From the NCBI GenBank assembly GCA_964504305.1, contig CAZDEB010000004.1, forward strand, positions 75,441 through 139,440: a stretch of DNA of 64,000 nucleotides, in the 5' to 3' direction. Every line of letters begins with the position of its first letter. Positions within the stretch are counted from its first letter, which is position 1. This DNA comes from an uncultured Candidatus Nemicrothrix sp. (lineage in GTDB: Bacteria > Actinomycetota > Acidimicrobiia > Acidimicrobiales > Aldehydirespiratoraceae). The translations under genes and the position numbers were made by a program. Under the pieces are notes generated by a model. That model worked only from the letters and a program-made list of their open reading frames with translations. It had not been told where the DNA came from and did not search any database. Positions 29,253 to 38,891 of the stretch are shown piece by piece.

Positions 29253-30968
29253 ATGAAGAAGGTGCTCGGGCGTCGATTGACGCGAGAACAGAACTTCACG
29301 ACCCGGATGCGCCGCGGCATCAGAGCGGGGTTCGCGGTTGTACTGATAATCGCCGTTGCCGTAGCGATCTTGGTCGAGTCGGTGGCCGCCGATGCTGACT
29401 CCGATCTCGCTGCGCTCGAGGTGGTCGAAGAGCAGCGCTTCGCTTTGATGGAGCTAAGAGCTGATCTGTCTGAGCTTGTCGATGTAACCGATCCCAGAGA
29501 TGCTGCCGAACATCGTTTGGCGGTGGGTGTTTTGATGCACGACATCAACGCGCGTCAGGTTGACCTGTTGATCGTTGCGCCCTCCGCGGGGAGTATTCGC
29601 ATCGATTTCTTAGCGAACCCCGTGAGCTTGACCGAGATGGTTCATACAACCCTCGACTCTGCTCAAACCGTGATCGACCGGGTCTCGTCGGATCCGTCCT
29701 CGGCTGGCGTTGGTATTGCTTTGCAACAAGCTCGACACAATCTCGAGTTGCTTCAACCGGCTTTTCAGACAATGGAACTCGAGCACACAACTGACCTCGC
29801 CGCGGCGGCTTCGAAGTTGCGCTTTGCGGGCCGCATCATCGTTGTCGTCGCGCTACTTGCTGCTGTTGTACGTCTGTTTGTGCTCGGTCGGCCGCTTCTC
29901 AATCAGCTTTTGCGGATCGAGAAGGAACACGAGGAGTCGCGCCAGCAGCACCAACAAGAGGGCGTGCGACGTGATCTTGCCTCTCGGCTGGCCGAGGGCC
30001 TCGAGACCGCCGAGAGCGAAGCTGGGGTGTGTCAGGTTGTTGAACGAGCTCTTGGTCAAGTCGCCCATGACCATCCCGCCGAATTGCTGCTGGCCGACTC
30101 GTCCAAGGCTCGACTTTCTGCCGCGGCCACGAACACCAACGCCCCGGCCCCGGGCTGTGGCGTTCAGTCGCCGTGGTCGTGTCCGGCGGTTCGACGGGCC
30201 GTAACGATGCACTACCCGGATTCGGATTCGGTTAGGGCGTGCCCTCACCTCGCTGATCGTCAGGACCGTGCTCGAGGGGCCGTCTGCGTCCCGGTGTCTT
30301 TCATGGGCGACGCTATGGGAGTCTTGCACGTGACTGGTGAGGCCGGCTGGGAACCCACCGCGCTTGAGGTCGAGAGGTTGGAGATCCTGGCCGGAAACGC
30401 CGCCGTTAGGTTGGGTTCTATCCGGTCCTTCATGAAGGCCGAGATCCAGGCATCGACCGACGCGTTGACCGGTCTCGCCAACCGGCGAGCGACCGAGGAC
30501 TTTGTTGGCGATGCGCTCGGCTCGGGTGGTTGTGGGTCGGTGGCCATCGCCGATCTTGACCATTTCAAGCGCTTGAACGACAGCCTTGGCCACGAGGCGG
30601 GGGACCGGGCGTTGCGAATGTTTGCCGATGTTGTTCGTGACTCCCTTCGAGACAACGACTGGTCAGGTCGCTGGGGTGGCGAAGAATTTGTGATCTATCT
30701 GCCGGAGTTGTCGGCTCGCGAATCGGTGGCGGTACTCGATCGCGTCCGCGAGAACCTCGCCTCTGTGTGTGCGCGAGCCGAGATACCCGAAGTCACTGTT
30801 TCGATCGGCGTGGTCGACACCAACGCGTCTCGTTCGCTCGAGGAGTTGGTGGCGATGGCTGACGATTGCCTGTATTTCGCGAAGGAGAACGGCCGCGACC
30901 AAGTAGTCGTCGGCCCAGTTCCGATCGCATCTGAATCCGATCCAACCAGCCCGAAGGTCCGCTCATGA
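29253..30968 (+). CDS. Membrane diguanylate cyclase (DGC-A): TM, helical ectodomain, TM, Cys4 GAF-like module, GGDEF (GGEEF, intact RxxD I-site)
   Basis: 571 aa. TM segments at about residues 25-45 and 193-212. Cys302/310/330/345 lie in ELLLADSS...GCGVQSPWSCPAVRR...CPHL...AVCVP...GVLH. GGDEF core ADLDHFKRLND...RDNDWSGRWGGEEF, with GGEEF at nt 30675-30689. Confidence 0.88.
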   Translation: MKKVLGRRLTREQNFTTRMRRGIRAGFAVVLIIAVAVAILVESVAADADSDLAALEVVEEQRFALMELRADLSELVDVTDPRDAAEHRLAVGVLMHDINARQVDLLIVAPSAGSIRIDFLANPVSLTEMVHTTLDSAQTVIDRVSSDPSSAGVGIALQQARHNLELLQPAFQTMELEHTTDLAAAASKLRFAGRIIVVVALLAAVVRLFVLGRPLLNQLLRIEKEHEESRQQHQQEGVRRDLASRLAEGLETAESEAGVCQVVERALGQVAHDHPAELLLADSSKARLSAAATNTNAPAPGCGVQSPWSCPAVRRAVTMHYPDSDSVRACPHLADRQDRARGAVCVPVSFMGDAMGVLHVTGEAGWEPTALEVERLEILAGNAAVRLGSIRSFMKAEIQASTDALTGLANRRATEDFVGDALGSGGCGSVAIADLDHFKRLNDSLGHEAGDRALRMFADVVRDSLRDNDWSGRWGGEEFVIYLPELSARESVAVLDRVRENLASVCARAEIPEVTVSIGVVDTNASRSLEELVAMADDCLYFAKENGRDQVVVGPVPIASESDPTSPKVRS

Positions 30969-32680
30969 AGAGCCTCCGCCGTTCTCGTACCATCCCCCTG
31001 CACGTTCGTTTCGCGCGCGGCTATCAAATCGGGTTCATTATCGCCATCTTGGCCGCCGCGACAGTGTGGGTAACGACCCAATCTGGGATGGACGAGGTCG
31101 AAGCGCGGACCAATTCTGCACGCGATGCCGCCGAACTCGTAGAAGATGTACGTCAGTCGGCCAACTTGTTGGACGAAATTTCTGATTCGCCCATGTCGCT
31201 GTCGGTAAGGTCCGACTTGACCCGAAAGATCAATGAGACGGCGGCGAGTTGGCGGTCGGTTTCGACCGCCAACGATATGCCTGACGCGGTCATGGTGCAG
31301 GTCTCGGGTCGGCGCGGGCTCGAGGGCGAGTTTGACATCTTTTTGAATCAGGCCGCAGCCTTGGCCGCCATCGGCAATGAAGGGCGTGACGCATTATCGA
31401 CCACGGATTCGGTGACCGCCGCGACTCTCGAGTCCAAGGCCGATGACCTCGCCGACCGGGTTGGGTTGGTTCTGGCGGTCTACAACGCTGAGACCGATGC
31501 CGCTTCGGCCGGTATCCGTGCGACCACGACGACGGCGACGCTTGTGTCGCTCGCGATGGTTGCCGCATTGATCGCCATATTGCTACGGCCGTTACGCCGG
31601 TTGATGGAGAGGGACAGCCGGGCTCTAAGCGCCGCACATCAACAGCATCGTGACGAGTCGGACCGTCGAGATCTGGCCAGCCACTTGGCCGATGGACTCG
31701 AAGCAGCGGAATCCGAAGACGAGACCCATCGGGTGGTCGAGCGGGTGTTTCTGCGGCTGTTGCCAAATACCGCCGTCGAGCTCTTACTTGCCGATTCGGC
31801 CAAAGGCGCGGTGAGTCGGGCGGTGACTCACCCGACGGCCGGTGGGCCCGGTTGTGACGTTGACTCGCCGTGGTCCTGCCCGGCTGTGCGTCGCGGCCGC
31901 ACCATGGTCTATGAGGACTCTGAGTCGATCAATGCGTGCCCCCATTTGAGTAACCGGCCCGGCGGAGCGTGCTCGGCGACCTGCGTCCCGCTGTCGTTCA
32001 TGGGCGACTCAATGGGCGTGGTCCACACGGCTGGACCGGTCGGTCAGGTTATGGAACCAGCTGCGGTTGATTTGCTGGGCTCGATCGCATCTCAGGTTGC
32101 GGTTCGGATTGGGACTATTCGTTCGTTCAAGCAGGTTGAGCTACGGGCATCTACCGATCCGTTGACCGGGCTTCCGAACCGTCGGGCTACCGAGGAGCAG
32201 CTGCGACGGTTGGTCAACGATACCGAAACGGGAGCGGTCGTGATGGCCGACCTTGATCGCTTCAAGCAGTTGAACGACAAGTACGGCCACGAGGCCGGCG
32301 ACCGTGCTCTTCGCCTGTTTGCCGATTCGGTACGCCAGGCCTTGCGCGATCAGGACTGGATAGGTCGCTGGGGCGGCGAAGAGTTTGTTCTTGCCTTGCC
32401 CGCCATGACCGCGCCGATGGCCAAGGAAGCTCTGGACCGGGTCCGAGAGCACCTGGCCGATGCCTGTTTACGGGCCGAAGCGCCAACCGTCACCGTATCG
32501 ATGGGGGTTGTTGACTCGACCGCGGCGGTTGCCTGCGACGAACTGATACGCCTTGCCGATGAAGCCCTCCTGGCGGCCAAGACCCAAGGTCGCGACCGGG
32601 TTGTGGTTGGGCCGGTGGTTGTGACAGAGATGGTTGGTTTCTCCGAGGAAACAACCGACAAGTCTGCCGAGACGGCTTGA
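30965..32680 (+). CDS. Membrane diguanylate cyclase (DGC-B), paralog of DGC-A
   Basis: 571 aa. ATGA overlap with DGC-A. Cys297/305/325/340 in the same motif. ADLDRFKQLND...RDQDWIGRWGGEEF. Confidence 0.88.
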   Translation: MKSLRRSRTIPLHVRFARGYQIGFIIAILAAATVWVTTQSGMDEVEARTNSARDAAELVEDVRQSANLLDEISDSPMSLSVRSDLTRKINETAASWRSVSTANDMPDAVMVQVSGRRGLEGEFDIFLNQAAALAAIGNEGRDALSTTDSVTAATLESKADDLADRVGLVLAVYNAETDAASAGIRATTTTATLVSLAMVAALIAILLRPLRRLMERDSRALSAAHQQHRDESDRRDLASHLADGLEAAESEDETHRVVERVFLRLLPNTAVELLLADSAKGAVSRAVTHPTAGGPGCDVDSPWSCPAVRRGRTMVYEDSESINACPHLSNRPGGACSATCVPLSFMGDSMGVVHTAGPVGQVMEPAAVDLLGSIASQVAVRIGTIRSFKQVELRASTDPLTGLPNRRATEEQLRRLVNDTETGAVVMADLDRFKQLNDKYGHEAGDRALRLFADSVRQALRDQDWIGRWGGEEFVLALPAMTAPMAKEALDRVREHLADACLRAEAPTVTVSMGVVDSTAAVACDELIRLADEALLAAKTQGRDRVVVGPVVVTEMVGFSEETTDKSAETA

Positions 32681-34302
32681 ACGTGTCGTCGCCTCTTGCC
32701 TTGCGGTCGCGGTGGGCCAAGACCACCCGGTACCAGCGGCTGAACTTTGCCGTCGTGGGCTGTTTGGTGGTGATGTTTGCTCTAGTCGTCGCGCTCGTGG
32801 CGACCGTGCGGATTGTCGATCGCCGTGCTGGCGAATTGCTGGCCGAAGCTCAACATTTGACGGCGACGGCGGCGGACGCGCGTGACGCATCGACGGCCTT
32901 GCTGACTTGGCAGGGCGGTTCCAACGACGCCCGTGTTGCCCTTGCCAATGCCCGTGACATGATGAATTCGCACCTCGCTGAAGTGGACACCTTTGCATCT
33001 CCTGATGAGCGTCAGGAATTGCAACGTCTCAATGATCAACTAGCAAAGCTGGTAGACGCTTCGGCCGGGGTCGCGATTTCGTCGACTACCGAAGCGGCAA
33101 GGCTCAGCGCCGACTACGAGGTTCTCGCTCAACAGTTTGCCAACCGCGGCCAAGACGTGTCCGAGCGGGCCCTCGGTGACCTTGACGGATGGTTCTATGG
33201 GATACAACTTGTGGCGGCGGTCGCGGCGGCGGTGTTCTTGATGATCGTCTTGTCGGTGATTTTGCCGCTCAGTCGGTCGATCGAGCGTTCGCTGAGCAAA
33301 CTGCAGGACTGGCGTGATCGTTCGGCTCGCGAGAGTGCGCGGCGTTTGTTGAACAGCCAGGTTTCCGATGGTCTTGATGTCGCTGACGAAGAGGGAAAGG
33401 CTCGCGCCGTCCTCGAGAGAGCGCTCAGAGTTGCTGCCCCGGACTTGCGGGCCGAACTCTTACTGGCCGATTCCTCGAAAGCTCACCTGCGGGTTGCGGT
33501 CGAGCATCCTGATCACGGCCGGGCCGGATGTGGTGTTGTTTCGCCGTGGTCGTGTCCAGCGGTGCGCAGGGGTACGACCATGGTCTTCGAGGACTGGTCT
33601 TCGATTCGGACCTGTCCTCACCTCGCTCGCCACGAAGACCCCTGCTCGGCGGTATGTAGCCCGCTGACCTTCATGGGCGAACCAATGGGTGTACTGCACA
33701 CAACCGGGAAGGTCGGGGAACCTCCGAGTCAAGAAGTCGTCGAGGACCTGTCGATGATCGCCGCCGAGAGCGCAACTCGTCTGGGAACGCTTCGAGCGTT
33801 CGCTCGAGCGGAGTTGCAGGCCTCCACTGACGTGTTGACAGGCCTGCCGAATCGTCGATCGACTGAAGACTGCATCCGCCATGCCATCGACTCGGTTTCG
33901 GGTGGGGCGATTGGATTGTTCGAAATCGAAGGCCTCATTGATCTCAATGACCGGTTGGGCAAAACAACTGGCGACAGGGCGATCAAGGTTGTGGCCGAGT
34001 CGCTCCAGTTCTCGAATCGCGACGCTGATTTTATTGGCCGCTGGGCTGGTGCGGAGTTTGTAGCTGTCTTGGCGGATAAAGCCTCAAATGAGGCGCGGTC
34101 GGTTATCGATCGCATCCGGCATGAACTCGAAGAATCGTTGGCGGCCGCCGACATATCGGGGTTGGTGGTCTGGGCCGGAATCGCCGACACCAGACACGAG
34201 AATACGGTGCGAAGTCTTTTGCAGTCGGCCAGCGACCAGATCATGGCCGCCAGGAGTGGTTTGGAGCATCACGTCGTGAGTTCGGCTTCGACACCTGAGT
34301 AG
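32677..34302 (+). CDS. Degenerate GGDEF paralog (DGC-C): same architecture, AGAEF in place of GGEEF, I-site retained
   Basis: 541 aa. TTGA overlap with DGC-B (GTG 32683 is an alternative start). Cys285/293/313/327 are conserved. The active site is degenerate: FEIEGLIDLND, and RDADFIGRWAGAEF at nt 34045-34059. Confidence 0.85.
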   Translation: MNVSSPLALRSRWAKTTRYQRLNFAVVGCLVVMFALVVALVATVRIVDRRAGELLAEAQHLTATAADARDASTALLTWQGGSNDARVALANARDMMNSHLAEVDTFASPDERQELQRLNDQLAKLVDASAGVAISSTTEAARLSADYEVLAQQFANRGQDVSERALGDLDGWFYGIQLVAAVAAAVFLMIVLSVILPLSRSIERSLSKLQDWRDRSARESARRLLNSQVSDGLDVADEEGKARAVLERALRVAAPDLRAELLLADSSKAHLRVAVEHPDHGRAGCGVVSPWSCPAVRRGTTMVFEDWSSIRTCPHLARHEDPCSAVCSPLTFMGEPMGVLHTTGKVGEPPSQEVVEDLSMIAAESATRLGTLRAFARAELQASTDVLTGLPNRRSTEDCIRHAIDSVSGGAIGLFEIEGLIDLNDRLGKTTGDRAIKVVAESLQFSNRDADFIGRWAGAEFVAVLADKASNEARSVIDRIRHELEESLAAADISGLVVWAGIADTRHENTVRSLLQSASDQIMAARSGLEHHVVSSASTPE

Positions 34303-34348
34303 TTCGCCCGCGATTCGGGGTTGTCCCTCAGCGGTGCTGGTTCTATCG

Positions 34349-34375
34349 TTAGCACTCGGCACATCAGAGTGCTAA
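34349..34375 (+). promoter_or_regulatory. CIRCE operator (HrcA binding site) upstream of groES
   Basis: TTAGCACTC-GGCACATCA-GAGTGCTAA is a perfect match to the CIRCE consensus TTAGCACTC-N9-GAGTGCTAA. It lies 24 nt upstream of the groES ATG. Confidence 0.92.
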
Positions 34376-34398
34376 CGAACACGATCTCGGAGGATCGA

Positions 34399-34686
34399 AT
34401 GAATCTGCAGCCACTTGAGGATCGCATCGTGGTCCGCTCCAGCGAAGCGGAATCCACCACCGCCAGCGGCCTCGTCATTCCAGACAGCGCCCAAGAAAAG
34501 CCTCAGCAAGGTGAAGTCCTAGCGGTGGGTCCCGGCCGTCGTTCCGACGCTGGCGACCTCATCCCTGTCGATGTCGCCGTTGGCGACGTTGTCGTCTACA
34601 GCAAGTACGGCGGCACCGAAATCACCAGCGAAGGCGAGGATCTTCTCATCCTCAACGCACGCGACGTGCTTGCCAAGGTCGGCTGA
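34399..34686 (+). CDS. groES: Co-chaperonin GroES
   Basis: Start set at ATG 34399 ([46 protein letters not shown]). 95 aa. The track ORF starting at 34321 would run across CIRCE. Confidence 0.96.
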   Translation: MNLQPLEDRIVVRSSEAESTTASGLVIPDSAQEKPQQGEVLAVGPGRRSDAGDLIPVDVAVGDVVVYSKYGGTEITSEGEDLLILNARDVLAKVG

Positions 34687-34691
34687 GGTAA

Positions 34692-36344
<1,653 letters not shown>

Positions 36345-36374
36345 CCCTTCGGCTACCACTCCCAAAAATTGTGC

Positions 36375-36402
36375 AACGACCCGGGCTTGGGCCCGGGTCG
36401 TT
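36375..36402 (+). terminator. Stem-loop terminator candidate after groEL
   Basis: AACGACCCGGGC-TTGG-GCCCGGGTCGTT is a perfect 12-bp GC-rich stem, 30 nt after the groEL stop. The T-tract is short (TTT). Confidence 0.6.
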
Positions 36403-36427
36403 TCGCGTCCGGGGTTACGCTCGGTCG

Positions 36428-36850
36428 ATGAAGACCGGGAGACATCTGCACCGAGCTGCGGTCGCGGCCGCGGCGGGTGCGGTGGGCCTGCTTTTTGCTC
36501 CGTGGGGGCGTTCGGGCGAGGTGGGTCGATCGAGCATCCAGTTATTACGTTCGGCGACCGTTCTCGACGTGCTGAGCGACATGGAGCGCATTGCGTTGTT
36601 GTTGCTGTGGCTGGCGGTCATTGTCGCGGTAGCCGGCGCGTTGGTGGCATCTTCGTGGGGGCGACCCCGATTGGTTGCCGGTCTGCTGATCCCGCTCGGA
36701 CCGACGCTGGTATTTGCCGCCTTGGTTGTAAACCGGTCGCCGTTAAACGTTGAGTGGGGAGCCGGTGCAAGCGCAACGTTGGGCCTGACGGCGTCCGCGC
36801 TTGCTGGTCTGATATTCATAAGCAGTGCATCTGGCGGAGGACGATCATGA
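36428..36850 (+). CDS. Hypothetical membrane protein (about 4 TM)
   Basis: Start set at ATG 36428, downstream of the terminator hairpin. Four hydrophobic segments. No recognisable family. Confidence 0.5.
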   Translation: MKTGRHLHRAAVAAAAGAVGLLFAPWGRSGEVGRSSIQLLRSATVLDVLSDMERIALLLLWLAVIVAVAGALVASSWGRPRLVAGLLIPLGPTLVFAALVVNRSPLNVEWGAGASATLGLTASALAGLIFISSASGGGRS

Positions 36851-36881
36851 CAACTAACCCCCGAAGCAATGGCAGCCACCG

Positions 36882-38891
36882 ATGACTGACGACAACGCTG
36901 GCCTGTGGGGTCCGCGGTCAAACGACGACGAATCGATTCCGGCCGCGCCGGCTGCGCCAGCCGCCCGCTCGACCTCGCAGTGGGCCCCACCACTGGCACC
37001 GTCGGCCGCGGACCCTGGTCGCCATGGCGGGGATGGATCCTCCGATGGTGACGAGCTCGTCTTTGTGCCGGAGTCGATCGAGATCGCTCCCGTAGTCGCC
37101 GAGGTTCGCAAGGCCAGCAAGGTGGCGACGCGAATTGTCGCCGCGGTCATCGCCGCGGCGATGGTTGGTGGCGGCGCCCTCTTGGCGTTTGATGCGGGCA
37201 GTGCCGACGGCGGCGCCGCTTCGCCCGAGGAGGCTTTCGAGGTCCTTCTAAGCGCGGCCGAGGCCGGCGACGTTTTGGCCATCGCCGAAATTCTCGAGCC
37301 AACCGAACGAGAGACTCTCCTGGATGCCGGGGTAGATATCGCGTCCGAACTGTCTCGTCTGGGGGTGTTGTCGACCGACCTTGATCTCTCGGCGGTGAGC
37401 GGCGTCCAACTCGAGTTGGGCGGTTTCGAACCCAGAGTCGAGCGTCCTCGCTCGGGTCTGGCCCACATCTACGCCGGGAAAGGGGTTGTGACGGTCGCGG
37501 TGGATGGCGCCGAACTGCCTTTCGGGTCGCTGCTCACCGATGACCTGTTTCCTCTCGACTATTCGTACTCTTCGACCGATTTGGTCGAACCGCAACAGGA
37601 CCCGATTGTGGCGGTCCAACGCAACGGTCGGTGGTACCTGAGTGTCTGGTACAGCGTTGCCGAACTGGCCCGGTTGACTCTCGATAAACCTTTGCCCGAT
37701 CTGGGGCGACGTCCCGCCAGCATCGGTGGCCCCACCCCCGAGGCCGCGGTCCGGTCCTTTCTCGACGACGCTCTTCGCCTGGATGTTCGTCGAATGATCG
37801 GTGGTCTTGATCCCAACGAGATGGCCGCGCTTTACGATTATGCGCCGCTGTTTCTCGACTCGGCGACTGCTTCGGCCAACAACACACTTCAGAGCCTCGA
37901 GGACGATGGTTGGGTATGGGGGCTAGACCAACTCGAGTTGGCCTCCGAAACCGACGGCGACGTAGCCCGCGTGCAACTCGTGTCGGCCTCATTTTCTGCT
38001 TCGGGTGATCGTGGCACCATCAGCGTCTCGGTTGGTGCCGAGGCCGTTGTTGTCGATGCCCGCACCATCGATCCGTTCTTCGGTGACGAGACCACCAGCC
38101 ACTTCGAGTTCGGCGGGGACTGCTTCTCTGCTTCTTTCGATGACGGCTCGGGTCCACACACCGAGCAGTACTGCGGCTCGATCAACGAGTCGGTGCCGTT
38201 CATCGCCGGCGGAATCGGTTCGCTTGGTTCGCTCGGGCTCGCCGACTCGCTGACGGTTGTCACCCATCTGGTTGACGGCCAGTGGTATATCTCGCCGGTT
38301 CGCACCGGCCGCGACGCGATCGTTCGTTCTCTGGAGATGATCGAACCAGATCAACTCTCGGAGTTCATCGACTCGCTCGACTACGTTGCGGGTGCTGTTC
38401 GTGGTTCTGATGGCGGTTTCGCAACGGTCGGGGCCTCGGATTACGGATCGACCGACTCAGGAGCATTCGGCCCGGCGATCCCGATCGTCGCCGACAACCT
38501 GGCTTTGCTGGCACCGGGTCTCGATCCGCTATTTGCCTACGATCTCGATGCCCAAAACTACACGTACGAAGTCGACTATTTTGCGCCGGCGCTCGGGTCC
38601 GACTTGGATGTGGTGGCCGGCTTGTACGCCTCGGTTGATTCCCCGTCGGGTGAGGTAGCGGTGGTCGTACTCGGCCTTGCCGACTCGATCGATGCCACCA
38701 GCTTGTTCGATCCTTTGATTGCCGGTCATCCCGAAGCCGTCGGGTCACACGATGGTCAACGGCTGTCGATCACCAGTGCTGCGGGCCAGTCCGTCGTTGT
38801 GCACGTTGACGGCTCGCGACTACTAATTGTGGGTGGCTATGGTGCCAGCGCGCTAGACGTGGCCGCCGCTGCCGATATTCAGCTGGGCTGA
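36882..38891 (+). CDS. Hypothetical single-pass membrane-anchored protein with large extracytoplasmic region
   Basis: 669 aa. Pro/Ala-rich N-terminus, one TM (RIVAAVIAAAMVGGGALLAF). Two internally similar modules end in NGRWYLSVWY and DGQWYISPVRT. No family recognised. Confidence 0.6.
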   Translation: MTDDNAGLWGPRSNDDESIPAAPAAPAARSTSQWAPPLAPSAADPGRHGGDGSSDGDELVFVPESIEIAPVVAEVRKASKVATRIVAAVIAAAMVGGGALLAFDAGSADGGAASPEEAFEVLLSAAEAGDVLAIAEILEPTERETLLDAGVDIASELSRLGVLSTDLDLSAVSGVQLELGGFEPRVERPRSGLAHIYAGKGVVTVAVDGAELPFGSLLTDDLFPLDYSYSSTDLVEPQQDPIVAVQRNGRWYLSVWYSVAELARLTLDKPLPDLGRRPASIGGPTPEAAVRSFLDDALRLDVRRMIGGLDPNEMAALYDYAPLFLDSATASANNTLQSLEDDGWVWGLDQLELASETDGDVARVQLVSASFSASGDRGTISVSVGAEAVVVDARTIDPFFGDETTSHFEFGGDCFSASFDDGSGPHTEQYCGSINESVPFIAGGIGSLGSLGLADSLTVVTHLVDGQWYISPVRTGRDAIVRSLEMIEPDQLSEFIDSLDYVAGAVRGSDGGFATVGASDYGSTDSGAFGPAIPIVADNLALLAPGLDPLFAYDLDAQNYTYEVDYFAPALGSDLDVVAGLYASVDSPSGEVAVVVLGLADSIDATSLFDPLIAGHPEAVGSHDGQRLSITSAAGQSVVVHVDGSRLLIVGGYGASALDVAAAADIQLG

